From Candidatus Nealsonbacteria bacterium (GTDB lineage Bacteria; Patescibacteriota; Minisyncoccia; Minisyncoccales; PWPS01): DNA of 58,525 nt. The notes under the pieces are model-generated. The model was not told where the DNA came from and searched no databases. It saw only the letters and a program-made list of their open reading frames with translations. A program made the position numbers and the translations under genes. Shown piece by piece: positions 1 through 8,499 of this stretch; within the stretch, counting starts at the first letter, position 1, and the number at the start of each line of letters is the position of its first letter. The DNA is taken from assembly GCA_003551435.1 (NCBI GenBank), contig PUMQ01000004.1, positions 1 through 58,525 of the forward strand, in the 5' to 3' direction.

Positions 1-279
1 AATGCTCGTTCAGCTCATGATGCACTTAAATTATCTCATGCGAATAAAGACAAATACAGAAGTGACTGGGACAAAATTAAGATAAGCATAATGAGAGAAA
101 TTTTGCGTGCAAAAGTGGATCAGCATCCTTATATCAAGAAAAAGCTCTTAGAATCGGGCGATAGAGAGCTTATAGAGGACTCCTGGCGTGATTCATTTTG
201 GGGTTGGGGACCCAATAAAGACGGGAAGAATCATCTAGGAAGACTCTGGATGGAGCTTCGAGAAGAGCTTCGCAGTTAA
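1..279 (+). CDS. NADAR (YbiA/DUF1768-like) domain protein, C-terminal part; 5' end outside window
   Basis: Frame +1 is open from nt 1 to the TAA at 277-279. The C-terminus LIEDSWRDSFWGWGPNKDGKNHLGRLWMELR resembles the D..WG.G..G.N.LG..LM..R signature of NADAR proteins. A hairpin plus T-run follows. Confidence 0.5.
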   Translation, partial: NARSAHDALKLSHANKDKYRSDWDKIKISIMREILRAKVDQHPYIKKKLLESGDRELIEDSWRDSFWGWGPNKDGKNHLGRLWMELREELRS

Positions 280-308
280 TATACAAAGCATATAAAATAT
301 ATATTTAA

Positions 309-340
309 GGGCGGGACCAACTTGGTGTCCGCTTTTTTTA
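309..340 (+). terminator. Intrinsic terminator after the NADAR gene
   Basis: Imperfect hairpin GGGCGGGACC-AACTT-GGTGTCCGC followed by TTTTTTT (333-339). Confidence 0.6.
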
Positions 341-386
341 TTTTTCTGAAAAGGATGGTTTCTCGGGTTTTTATTTTTATGGTAAA

Positions 387-1376
387 ATGATAACTATGAA
401 AGGAAAAAAGGAAATTATTATATACCAAACCAAAGAAGGGAAGATCGAGTTTAGGGGTGATCTTGAAAAAGAAACTGTTTGGGGATCTTTAAACCAAATA
501 GCAGATTTATTTGATGTAAAAAAACCTGCCATATCTAAACATCTCAAGAATATATATAAAGATAGAGAGCTTGATAAAAAGTCAACTGTTTCCATTTTGG
601 AAACAGTTCAGAGAGAAGGAAACAGAAGAGTTGTTCGTAAAATAGAGTATTATAATCTTGACGCAATTATATCAGTCGGCTACAGAATCAATTCTAAAAA
701 AGCTACGCAATTTCGTATTTGGGCAACAAAAACTCTAAAACAACACCTGCTTAAGGGATACACGATTAACAAAAGGCAGATTAATAAGAATTACTGGAAG
801 TTTATGGAAGCAATGTCGAATGTGAAGGCTGCTCTTCCTGACAAGCAAAAAGTTGGAAACAAAGAGGTTTTAGAACTTGTTAATGCTTTTGCCAGCACAT
901 GGTTTTCATTAAATGCGTATGACAGGGAAAAATTTCCCAAAAAGAAGCGTTCTAGGAGAAAAGTGGAAATTACCGCGGAAGAACTGAAAGATGTCCTTCA
1001 AAGCTTTAAGAAAGAATTGAAAAAGAAAAAACAGGCAACAGAATTTTTTGGACAAGAAAGAAATAAAGAAGCAATTAAAGGAACGGTGGGGAGTGTTTTT
1101 CAGTCGTTTGGAGGAAAAGATGTTTATCCAAGTATAGAGGAAAAGTCTGCTCATCTTCTCTATTTCATTATCAAAAATCATCCTTTTGTCGATGGCAATA
1201 AAAGAAGCGCTGCTTTTTCGTTTGTTTGGTTTTTAAGAAGGGCGGGTATTTTGCGAGCAGCCTTCACCCCTGAAGCGTTAACGGCGCTAACTATCTTAAT
1301 AGCAGAAAGTAATCCAAAAGATAAAGACAAGATGATTAAATTGGTATTATTGTTATTAGGAAAGGAAAATAATTAA
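387..1376 (+). CDS. RhuM-like N-terminal domain fused to a Doc (death-on-curing, Fic-fold) C-terminal domain
   Basis: The N-terminus (IIIYQTKEGKIEFRG..WGSLNQIADLF..YYNLDAIISVGYRINSKKATQFRIWATKTLKQHLLKGY) is RhuM-family-like. The C-terminus carries HPFVDGNKRSAAF, the Doc-type H-x-F-x-D-G-N-K-R motif. A TGgTAAAAT extended -10 (380-388) overlaps ATG 387, so ATG 396 may be the true start and the mRNA may be leaderless. Confidence 0.7.
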   Translation: MITMKGKKEIIIYQTKEGKIEFRGDLEKETVWGSLNQIADLFDVKKPAISKHLKNIYKDRELDKKSTVSILETVQREGNRRVVRKIEYYNLDAIISVGYRINSKKATQFRIWATKTLKQHLLKGYTINKRQINKNYWKFMEAMSNVKAALPDKQKVGNKEVLELVNAFASTWFSLNAYDREKFPKKKRSRRKVEITAEELKDVLQSFKKELKKKKQATEFFGQERNKEAIKGTVGSVFQSFGGKDVYPSIEEKSAHLLYFIIKNHPFVDGNKRSAAFSFVWFLRRAGILRAAFTPEALTALTILIAESNPKDKDKMIKLVLLLLGKENN

Positions 1377-1499
1377 ACTTCAAAACAGGTTTGAACCCCG
1401 ATATACAATACGGGGCAGGCGCCGACCATTTCCCGGAGCCCTTCGATGATACTCAGGACAGGCCACTTTCTAATTTTTTTCTATTAATATCCCGGTTTT

Positions 1500-1526
1500 C
1501 CGGAGGTCGGACCTCCGGGATTTTTT
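1500..1526. repeat. Palindromic repeat copy (CCGGAGGTCGGACCTCCGG) plus T-run; likely also a terminator
   Basis: Perfect 9+1+9 palindrome at 1500-1518 followed by GATTTTTT. It shares the GGTCGGACC core with the repeats at 14964, 16568, 31439, 38550 and 52778. Confidence 0.7.
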
Positions 1527-1591
1527 AATACCGAGGCACTTATTATTCTATAGCTTATGACGACAGGATGATTTCTTGGGTTTTTGTTTTG

Positions 1592-1600
1592 TGCTATAAT
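1592..1600 (+). promoter_or_regulatory. Extended -10 promoter (TGcTATAAT) for the 1640-2499 genes
   Basis: TGCTATAAT lies 40 nt upstream of ATG 1640. No clear -35 element. Confidence 0.4.
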
Positions 1601-1639
1601 CTAGTTGTCGGCTGTTAATAATCCAATAAAAACAACATC

Positions 1640-1879
1640 ATGGAAAAGAAAAAAGAAGAAAAAATGAAGAACGAAATAAAAGATGAGATTATTAATAAAA
1701 TAAAAAAAGAAATTAAAAAAGATGATGACTCTCCCGGAGGGCTTTTTATTCCCGCCGGAGTTTTGGGAGGAATAGGATTCGGTTTTCTTTTTGGCAATCT
1801 TGTTGCGGGACTTTTTATCGGCTTGGGAGTTGGCTTTACTCTTTTTGCCGTTTACGAGATTTCCAGGAGAAGTAAATAA
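1640..1879 (+). CDS. Small membrane protein (Lys/Glu-rich N-terminus, Gly-rich C-terminal transmembrane segments)
   Basis: 79-aa ORF with a charged N-terminal half, then GGLFIPAGVLGGIGFGFLFGNLVAGLFIGLGVGFTLFAVY. The next gene starts 6 nt after its stop. Confidence 0.5.
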   Translation: MEKKKEEKMKNEIKDEIINKIKKEIKKDDDSPGGLFIPAGVLGGIGFGFLFGNLVAGLFIGLGVGFTLFAVYEISRRSK

Positions 1880-1884
1880 AAAAC

Positions 1885-2499
1885 ATGAACAGTAATAATA
1901 AAAAAACTTTAGACGAAGAAGTAAAAGAATTAAAAAAAATCCCCGGAGGAGTCAAGGGAGAGAAATTTTTTGTTTTCATTTCCTACGTTCGTAACAAAGA
2001 AGGAGAAGAGGGAGTAGAGAAACTTCTCAAAAAGATGAGAGATTTTGGGTGTCCGATCGACCTCAAGGAAATGAGCCACTTTAAGATGTATCCGGAGTAT
2101 TATAGGGTAGTACTTATGGTTGTTACAAAAGAACTGTTCGGCTGGACGGAAAAAGATGTTTTTGAAATGGGGTACTACTCGCCACGGTACTCTTTTCTCA
2201 CTAAACTTCTTATGAGGCACTTTATTTCCATAAGAAAAGTTTTTGAAATGACGCCGGTTTTCTGGAGCAAACACCATGACTTCGGATCGGTTGAACCGAT
2301 ATCTCTGGATGAAAAAAAAGGATACGCAGTAATACGACTTAGTGATTATAAATTCCACCCGCTTATGTGTGGTCATTTTGCAGGGTACTTTAAAGGTGTT
2401 GCAGAGCTTTGTTTAAAAAACAAAAAAGTTGATGTTGAGGAAATAAAATGCATGCACAAGGGGGATGATTTCCACGAGTATCGTATAATGTGGCCCTAG
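1885..2499 (+). CDS. V4R-like small-molecule-binding domain protein, divergent paralog 1 of 4
   Basis: 204 aa. The C-terminus HPLMCGHFAGYFKGVAELCLKNKKVDVEEIKCMHKGDDFHEYRIMW fits the V4R pattern pvC.f.aG...G....G..v.v.E..C...Gd..(C/H).(F/Y).i. Same length and layout as 2917, 10795 and 11437. Confidence 0.55.
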   Translation: MNSNNKKTLDEEVKELKKIPGGVKGEKFFVFISYVRNKEGEEGVEKLLKKMRDFGCPIDLKEMSHFKMYPEYYRVVLMVVTKELFGWTEKDVFEMGYYSPRYSFLTKLLMRHFISIRKVFEMTPVFWSKHHDFGSVEPISLDEKKGYAVIRLSDYKFHPLMCGHFAGYFKGVAELCLKNKKVDVEEIKCMHKGDDFHEYRIMWP

Positions 2500-2554
2500 C
2501 TGATTTTTTTAAATGACTAAATTTGTTTTACTATAAATTTTCCGAGTAGATAGT

Positions 2555-2827
2555 ATGGATACTTTGGACATTCTAACAGTTCTCTCCTATATCGGTCTTA
2601 ATGTTGACATTATTTTTCAGATAAGAAGAATTTATAGCACCAAATCATCAAGAGACCTTTCTCTTCTCGGTTTGAGCGTCCGTTATACGGCTATTTTAAT
2701 AATTTTGTACAAATTTATAAGCATCAGCGATATGGCTTTGATTATCGGACAGGTGCTTATTGTTCTAACTTTCACTTTATACTTTTTTCTCGCCTTTTTT
2801 TATTTCATAAAAAGAAAGTCTAACTAG
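2555..2827 (+). CDS. PQ-loop / SemiSWEET-like 3-TM membrane protein
   Basis: 90 aa with three hydrophobic segments. IFQIRRIYSTKSSRDLSLLGL resembles the PQ-loop motif, with F in place of P. Confidence 0.5.
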   Translation: MDTLDILTVLSYIGLNVDIIFQIRRIYSTKSSRDLSLLGLSVRYTAILIILYKFISISDMALIIGQVLIVLTFTLYFFLAFFYFIKRKSN

Positions 2828-2916
2828 ACCAAAATAAATTAAGTCCTTTTTTTTAGTGAAAGAAAGCTAAAGAAGGATTGAATAGGTAAAAAATTTTCTA
2901 TCTAATTTTCTAAATT

Positions 2917-3528
2917 ATGGTTACGCTGACGGAAAAAGACAAAAAATATATTGAAAACACGGAAGGGACGGTACTTGCACGAGCAGCCATTGATCACTTA
3001 ACGGTACTGGAAAGGAAACATGGAAAAAAGGTGAAAGGAGATATTAAGAGAGAGATGGAAAATGTCGGATACAGCCTCGATACCTTCAAAATAAAGCCGG
3101 CAGAGAGAATTCCGACCTCTCACTATATGGCTTTTTTTGTCGTTGAAAAGCAGTTGTTTAACTTGGATGATGAGGGCATCCGGGAAATGGGAAGGGAAAC
3201 GGCAAAGATGTCTTTTTTACTTAGATTTGCGAGTAGCTTGCTGATTTCCATTGAAACACTTTGCAAAAACTCAAACGTAGCCTGGAACAAATACTACCGC
3301 GGGGGAGGAGGAGAGCTTTATATAACGGAACTTAAGAAAGAAGAAAAAATACTAAGAGGGGAGCTGAGAAATTTTTTGGGACATCCTATCCACTGCCGTT
3401 ACATGGAGGGATATTTCGGGCAGGTTGTTTCCCTGGTTGCCGGTGGAGAGGCAAAGTGCCGTGAAGAAAAATGCCCTTTTTCGGAAGAAGAAAGTAATGT
3501 TCACCGTTTTATGGCCACATGGAAGTAG
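2917..3528 (+). CDS. V4R-like domain protein, paralog 2 of 4
   Basis: 203 aa, alignable end to end with 10795 and 11437 (MVTLTEKDKKYI.., FNLDDEGIREMG, NVAWNKYY, HPIHCRYMEGYFGQ, CREEKCPF..VHRF..W). Confidence 0.6.
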   Translation: MVTLTEKDKKYIENTEGTVLARAAIDHLTVLERKHGKKVKGDIKREMENVGYSLDTFKIKPAERIPTSHYMAFFVVEKQLFNLDDEGIREMGRETAKMSFLLRFASSLLISIETLCKNSNVAWNKYYRGGGGELYITELKKEEKILRGELRNFLGHPIHCRYMEGYFGQVVSLVAGGEAKCREEKCPFSEEESNVHRFMATWK

Positions 3529-3585
3529 CCGGAATTTATACTTTCTCCCAAGAAAAAAGGAAACAGATTGCCAAAAAACAGTAAG

Positions 3586-3613
3586 GAAAGAAGATACTTC
3601 TTTCACTTTTTTT
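3586..3613 (+). terminator. Intrinsic terminator after V4R paralog 2
   Basis: GAAAGAAG-ATA-CTTCTTTC hairpin followed by ACTTTTTTT. Confidence 0.65.
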
Positions 3614-3635
3614 ATTCTGAAATTTGCAAGGGTTT

Positions 3636-3667
3636 TGAAAAAGAAAACCCCCTTTTTAGAAAGGGGG
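3636..3667 (-). terminator. Intrinsic terminator of hup
   Basis: 8-bp hairpin CCCCCTTT/AAAGGGGG (3648-3667). On the - strand it is followed by TTTTCTTTTTC. Confidence 0.7.
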
Positions 3668-3686
3668 CAGAAAAGAAAAACAGTGT

Positions 3687-3959
3687 TTATTTCACCGCGT
3701 CTTTCAATGCTTTACCGGCTTTGAATTTGGGAACTTTCGCTGCTGCAATCTTGATTTTTTCTCCGGTTCTCGGATTTACTCCTTGCCTTGCTTTTCTTTT
3801 GGCGACAGAAAAAGTGCCGAAACCGGTAAGGGTTACGTCTTTTCCTTTTTTTAACGCTCCGCTAACTTCTTCCAGGACAGCGTTTAAACACTTTCCTGCT
3901 TGAGCTTTGGATATTTTGGCTTTTTTTGCCAATGCTTCTACAAGATCTTGTTTGCTCAT
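3687..3959 (-). CDS. hup: HU family DNA-binding protein
   Basis: 90 aa: [60 protein letters not shown], a typical HU/IHF sequence. Confidence 0.95.
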   Translation of the reverse strand: MSKQDLVEALAKKAKISKAQAGKCLNAVLEEVSGALKKGKDVTLTGFGTFSVAKRKARQGVNPRTGEKIKIAAAKVPKFKAGKALKDAVK

Positions 3960-4123
3960 AAAATTTTTAATTTAAAAGATAATCGACCTTTGCTTCCCTG
4001 TACTACAATATCTTATACCCGCCATATAAGTCAAGAGGGCGTTTTATTTTTATCCGAACCAAAAACTTGCCACAAAAGAATATTTTCTGGTACAATGAAT
4101 CAGTAAAAATTAATAAAACTTCT

Positions 4124-4804
4124 ATGGAAAAAAAGATAATCGTTCTTCTTATTACCGCTGTTTTTGTAGCTGGAGCCGGATGGGCCTTGTTTGGCTCTCC
4201 TCCGGAAAGGACTCCCTCGGAAGAAGAAGAGGGAGTGGCTGAGAAAGAAGAAGATTTCCAAGAAATTAAAGAGATACTGCCGGACATTCTGGCTGAGGTG
4301 AAAAAGGTGCGCTCGCTGAGTTATAATTTTACGGAGACAGAAGAAGGGAAAGTGGTTTCCGGAAAAATTTACCAAAAGGAAGATAAGATAAGAATGGAGG
4401 TTGAAGAGGGCGGAGAACAGGTAGTTACCCTTCTTAACATAGATGAGAAGAGCGCCTATACCTACTTTCCTTCCGAAAACATTGCTTTGGAAATAGAGTT
4501 TGATGAGGCAAGTGACGCGCTGGACAGGTCCGTCAAAGAGCAGGCTTTAGCTGTTTTTGATCACGACTTGGAAGTTACGGGAAAAGAAGAGGTAGGAGGG
4601 AAAGAAACGGTGGTTATTGAATATACTGCCGAGAGAGAGAACGTAAAAATGTGGATTTGGAAAGAGTACGGGCTTCCGGTAAAAGTGGAAACCGGACTCA
4701 GAGAGAGAAAGATTGAAATAAGAGAGGTGGATTTTAATTACATTTCCGATGATATGTTCAATCTTCCTCCCGACGTTCAGCTCGTGGAATCACCCTTTAT
4801 CTAG
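4124..4804 (+). CDS. Membrane-anchored or secreted hypothetical protein
   Basis: ATG 4124 gives MEKKIIVLLITAVFVAGAGWALFG (signal or anchor), then an acidic soluble domain. The 4067 start in the ORF track adds an unlikely extension. Confidence 0.5.
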   Translation: MEKKIIVLLITAVFVAGAGWALFGSPPERTPSEEEEGVAEKEEDFQEIKEILPDILAEVKKVRSLSYNFTETEEGKVVSGKIYQKEDKIRMEVEEGGEQVVTLLNIDEKSAYTYFPSENIALEIEFDEASDALDRSVKEQALAVFDHDLEVTGKEEVGGKETVVIEYTAERENVKMWIWKEYGLPVKVETGLRERKIEIREVDFNYISDDMFNLPPDVQLVESPFI

Positions 4805-4869
4805 ATTTCAGGAAGCATGGCGGTTTGTTTTTATTTTTCAAGGTGATATACTGAAAAAACGTTTGTGAT

Positions 4870-5583
4870 ATGTATATCGGAACTTTATACAACGTTCTTG
4901 TGTGCTTTATTGCCGGATTAAGCGGGATTTTAGTTTTTTTTAAACTGCAAGCTTTAAGAGAAGAAGAAGAGCAGAGATACAGCAGGGGGCTTGATTATTT
5001 TCTTCTTTCTTTCGGGGTGCTTTGGATTTTAGTGGGAGTGCGAAACTTTTTTTTCTGGGCGGGATATGGCGCTCTGGACACTCTTATTTGGAAGTGGATA
5101 GTGGGCCCTTTGACTTATTTGCACCTCCTTCCCCTTTTTTATTTTTACGGGTGGTCTTTTTTTGATCGTCACAGAGCTTTGTATGTTCTTTTTGTGGGAA
5201 CTTTCACTGTAATAACTTTTTTTACGGTGGGAGTTTTTTTCGCCTACGGGTTTGAGCTTTCCGAAATGACCTACTGGGGAACCAAATATGACGCCAACCC
5301 CCTTACCCACAGTATCTTTACTTACGGAATTTTTATACCCGCCCTTTTTTGCGTATTTTTCGATGTCTTGCGAAGATTTAAGGCGTGGAAAGAAAAAAAG
5401 TTTTTTGCCAATAAAAGACTGTTCGCATTCAATATAGGGCTTTTAATTTACGCCCTGGTAGCCGTTTTTGACGGGCTGGCCATAGCAAGAGGAGAAACGC
5501 TTCTTCTTGTGAGAATAGGGATTATGGTGTCCGCTTTAATTATTTATTTTTTCGCTACAGGCACGGAGCTTGACGAAGAGTAA
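4870..5583 (+). CDS. Polytopic (about 7-TM) membrane protein, function unknown
   Basis: 237 aa with repeated hydrophobic segments and no motif I recognise. Confidence 0.5.
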   Translation: MYIGTLYNVLVCFIAGLSGILVFFKLQALREEEEQRYSRGLDYFLLSFGVLWILVGVRNFFFWAGYGALDTLIWKWIVGPLTYLHLLPLFYFYGWSFFDRHRALYVLFVGTFTVITFFTVGVFFAYGFELSEMTYWGTKYDANPLTHSIFTYGIFIPALFCVFFDVLRRFKAWKEKKFFANKRLFAFNIGLLIYALVAVFDGLAIARGETLLLVRIGIMVSALIIYFFATGTELDEE

Positions 5584-5599
5584 TCCTAATTTTCCAAAT

Positions 5600-6319
5600 A
5601 TGTCGTCATCGGAAAAAAAGAAAAAAGGAGGAATATTCAAGGGGACGAGGACTCTTTTTACAAAGCTGCTATTTGTTTCGGTGGTATTTACCGCTTTGCC
5701 GGTGTTTATTTCCGGGCTTTTGATTGTTTTTTCGTACGAGCACGCAATAGAAAGCTTTTTTCTCGCCCAGGAAGAGGAGTTTATTGCAGCCATAGGAAAG
5801 CCGTTTATCTCAATTTTACAAAACCTCAGATCCCAAGCATTTCTGACGGTGATTATGGTCATCGCCCTGTCTCTCTTCGGAGCCTCTTTGCTGGCCAGAC
5901 AGCTTATCCGTCCGATTAAAAAACTAACAAGAGGAGCAGAGAAAGTAAGAAGGGGAAGCTTTGACGTTCAGGTGGAAACCGACGGGGAAGATGAAATCGG
6001 ACAGCTGACAAAAACTTTTAACGAAATGGTAGACCAGCTCAAAAAGCAAACCTTTTTGAGAGAACAGAAAGAAACCTTGGAAGTGAGAGTGGCAGCAAGA
6101 ACAAAAGAGCTTGAAGAGCTTAACAAACAACTTGAATCACAGGTGAAAGAAAGGACAAGCGAGCTGGAAAAAAGAGTAAAAGAATACGAAAAGATGAACA
6201 AGCTGATGGTGGGAAGGGAACTTAAAATGATAGAGCTTAAAAAGGAACTTAAAAAAGCCAGGGAAGAGCTGGAAAGAATAAAAAAAGAAGGGGCGACGGA
6301 AACAGGTAGCCAGGATTAA
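5600..6319 (+). CDS. Membrane protein with a HAMP domain and a coiled-coil tail, no recognisable output domain
   Basis: Two TM segments, then the HAMP-like stretch LIRPIKKLTRGAEKVRRGSFDVQVETDGEDEIGQLTKTFNEMVDQL, then heptad-rich K/E sequence to the stop. ATG 5600 is preferred over TTG 5570. Confidence 0.6.
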   Translation: MSSSEKKKKGGIFKGTRTLFTKLLFVSVVFTALPVFISGLLIVFSYEHAIESFFLAQEEEFIAAIGKPFISILQNLRSQAFLTVIMVIALSLFGASLLARQLIRPIKKLTRGAEKVRRGSFDVQVETDGEDEIGQLTKTFNEMVDQLKKQTFLREQKETLEVRVAARTKELEELNKQLESQVKERTSELEKRVKEYEKMNKLMVGRELKMIELKKELKKAREELERIKKEGATETGSQD

Positions 6320-6337
6320 TTTCCATTTGCGTATATT

Positions 6338-7666
6338 ATGGAAGAACAAAATTACGACAAGCAGGGTAATCTCGAAAAAAAGACGAGCAAAAAAATTGTT
6401 TTGGGGATTGCTGTTGTAACGGTTTTTTCTGCTCTCTTGGTGATTTTTTTCTTCTCTGGAAAAAGAGACAATCCCACTCACCTTTCGGCGGAAACAGTTT
6501 CTTTCCAGGAAATAAAGCTTTCCTGGACGGGAGATGAAAACGCCCGCCAGTTTAATATCTATCGCGCGGAAGATCCTGGGGGTCCCTACGAAAGAGTCGG
6601 CTTTTCAGAAGAGCCGGAGTTTCTGGACAAAGGATTGCGCCCAAACACAGAGTACTTCTACAAGGTTACCCAGATTGTTGACTTTAGAGAAAGCTCTTTT
6701 AGCGGAAGAGCGGGGAGTGTAACTGACCCTGCCGCTCCGACGGGAGTAAGAGCGGAAGCGGTTGATTTTCAAAGAGAAATGCGCTTGCAAATTGATCTTA
6801 ACTGGGATTATGTGGTGGGAGCGGATAAGTACGTTGTTTACCGATCCGAGCACGAAGGAGGAGTTTACGAAAAAATAGCGGAAACATCGCTTGAAAACTA
6901 CTCGGATGCCGATATACAGCCGCACACCACTTACTACTACGCGATTACCCAGATTACGGATGAAAAGGAGAGCGTTTACAGCAAGGAGGTGAGTGCTACA
7001 ACCGGATCAGCGTGGCATTGCGGAGACGATTTAGAGTATGGAGGAAAGGTTTATTCCACAGTGGAAATAGGAGAACAGTGCTGGTTCCGGGAAAATATGG
7101 ATATTACGGAAGAAAAAATTGAGAGGAATTGTAAGATAGAAAGATACTGTTACGACAATGATCAGGTGATGTGTGATGTTTATGGGAGCCTGTACACTTT
7201 TTCCGGTATATCTTGCGGACAGAACGTTGAAGGAATGCGCGGAATATGTCCTTTGGGATGGCGGATTCCCACCGATGATGATTGGAAAAAACTGGAGACG
7301 GAAGTGGGGATAAGAGGCGGAGAGCTTGGAGCTTACGGGTTCCGGGGTACAGATGAGGGAAGCAAGCTGGCGGGAAGGCGTGAATTGTGGAAGCAGGGCC
7401 CTTTAACACAGAGTGGAGCTTTTGGAAGTTCCGGATTAGACCTTCTTCCCGGAGGCTACCAGCCGGCGTTTAACTTGAGACTGTTTTACAACTTGAAGGA
7501 AGGCGCTATTTTCTGGTCTTCTACTCGGGCAAACGAAGATGAAGAGTGCACCTATTGGGAAGCGGCTTACTCGGTTCGGGAACTGCACTACGACAGCGAA
7601 CAGTTAAAAAAACACTGTCACCTGGGAGTGGGAACGGCCTACCTTCGGTGTATGAGAGATTACTAG
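6338..7666 (+). CDS. Surface protein: N-terminal anchor, two FN3-like repeats, C-terminal FISUMP (Fibrobacter succinogenes major paralogous) domain
   Basis: Two repeated units (..Y.IYRAEDPGGPYERV..NTEYFYKVTQI / YVVYRSEHEGGVYEKI..HTTYYYAITQI). The C-terminus has CWFRENMD..YGSLYTF..CPLGWRIPTDDDWKKLE, typical of TIGR02145-type domains. Confidence 0.65.
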   Translation: MEEQNYDKQGNLEKKTSKKIVLGIAVVTVFSALLVIFFFSGKRDNPTHLSAETVSFQEIKLSWTGDENARQFNIYRAEDPGGPYERVGFSEEPEFLDKGLRPNTEYFYKVTQIVDFRESSFSGRAGSVTDPAAPTGVRAEAVDFQREMRLQIDLNWDYVVGADKYVVYRSEHEGGVYEKIAETSLENYSDADIQPHTTYYYAITQITDEKESVYSKEVSATTGSAWHCGDDLEYGGKVYSTVEIGEQCWFRENMDITEEKIERNCKIERYCYDNDQVMCDVYGSLYTFSGISCGQNVEGMRGICPLGWRIPTDDDWKKLETEVGIRGGELGAYGFRGTDEGSKLAGRRELWKQGPLTQSGAFGSSGLDLLPGGYQPAFNLRLFYNLKEGAIFWSSTRANEDEECTYWEAAYSVRELHYDSEQLKKHCHLGVGTAYLRCMRDY

Positions 7667-7742
7667 TTGCCGGATTGGCAAATTTTTAGTAAACTGGAAC
7701 AGTATTAAAAAATAACTAAATGCGTTTTCGCATTCCATTAAT

Positions 7743-8495
7743 ATGGACATCAAAAAAACACTTTTTGTAGTCGGTGCAGTTGTAGGAGTATCTCTTTTTG
7801 TCGTTCTTGTCTGTTATTTTCTTCTTTTCCAAGTAGGCTATACCGATCTTGTGGGGAAGACGATTATTATTTCCGAGGGCGATGATGATCTGCTGGTACT
7901 GGATGAAAAAGAAAACGTAGTATTCAGCTACTCTATCTCCGAGTGGAACAGGCAGGCCGGAGAAAAGTGGGATGAGTTTTTCACAGAGCCCATAGAGATT
8001 GACGAAATAACCATCGGCCCTAACGCTTTTACTCGGTTCACGGCCATATCTCCTTTTCCGGAAAGCACCAGAAGACTCGGTTTTGCCGTATCAACTTATG
8101 CCGCCCCGACTGACGTTTCGCTCTTTTGGGTAATAGATATTGTTACAAGAGAGTTGAGCTTGGTGGGAGAGGAAAACAAAGGAGTGGTGGGAAACATAAG
8201 CTGGTCTCCGAATAGAGTGCATTTTGCCTATTACCTTAATACGGAACGCGCTGCGGGAGAGTATCTTACCGTGGATAACGGGGTAACCTTTGAAAAAGAA
8301 TTCAATCTGTCGGGAGAAGATATTTTAGAAGCTATGGAAGAGGAAGAAGATGAAGCTTTCACGCCGGAATTCAGGAGTCTTAAGTGGAGCGAAGAGGGAG
8401 AAAAACTGATGTTTTCTACCGATACGCCCGAAGAAGACGTTTCGGCGGACTGGGTTATTAACGTGGATGGAACAGAGCTCACCAGAGAAAACTAA
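7743..8495 (+). CDS. Membrane-anchored hypothetical protein
   Basis: 250 aa with an N-terminal TM segment (LFVVGAVVGVSLFVVLVCYFLLF) and an acidic extracytoplasmic domain. Confidence 0.45.
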   Translation: MDIKKTLFVVGAVVGVSLFVVLVCYFLLFQVGYTDLVGKTIIISEGDDDLLVLDEKENVVFSYSISEWNRQAGEKWDEFFTEPIEIDEITIGPNAFTRFTAISPFPESTRRLGFAVSTYAAPTDVSLFWVIDIVTRELSLVGEENKGVVGNISWSPNRVHFAYYLNTERAAGEYLTVDNGVTFEKEFNLSGEDILEAMEEEEDEAFTPEFRSLKWSEEGEKLMFSTDTPEEDVSADWVINVDGTELTREN

Positions 8496-8499
8496 TTTT

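Noticed and set aside
1377-1499. Possible small RNA or degenerate repeat between the RhuM-Doc gene and the palindrome at 1500
   Set aside because: It contains one clean hairpin (CCCCG-ATATACAATA-CGGGG) and a T-run, but no promoter, no closing helix and no recurrence. The evidence is insufficient.
3425-3903. 99-aa and 111-aa + strand ORFs between V4R paralog 2 and hup
   Set aside because: They traverse two terminator hairpins and run antisense through the highly conserved hup gene, so they are artefactual.
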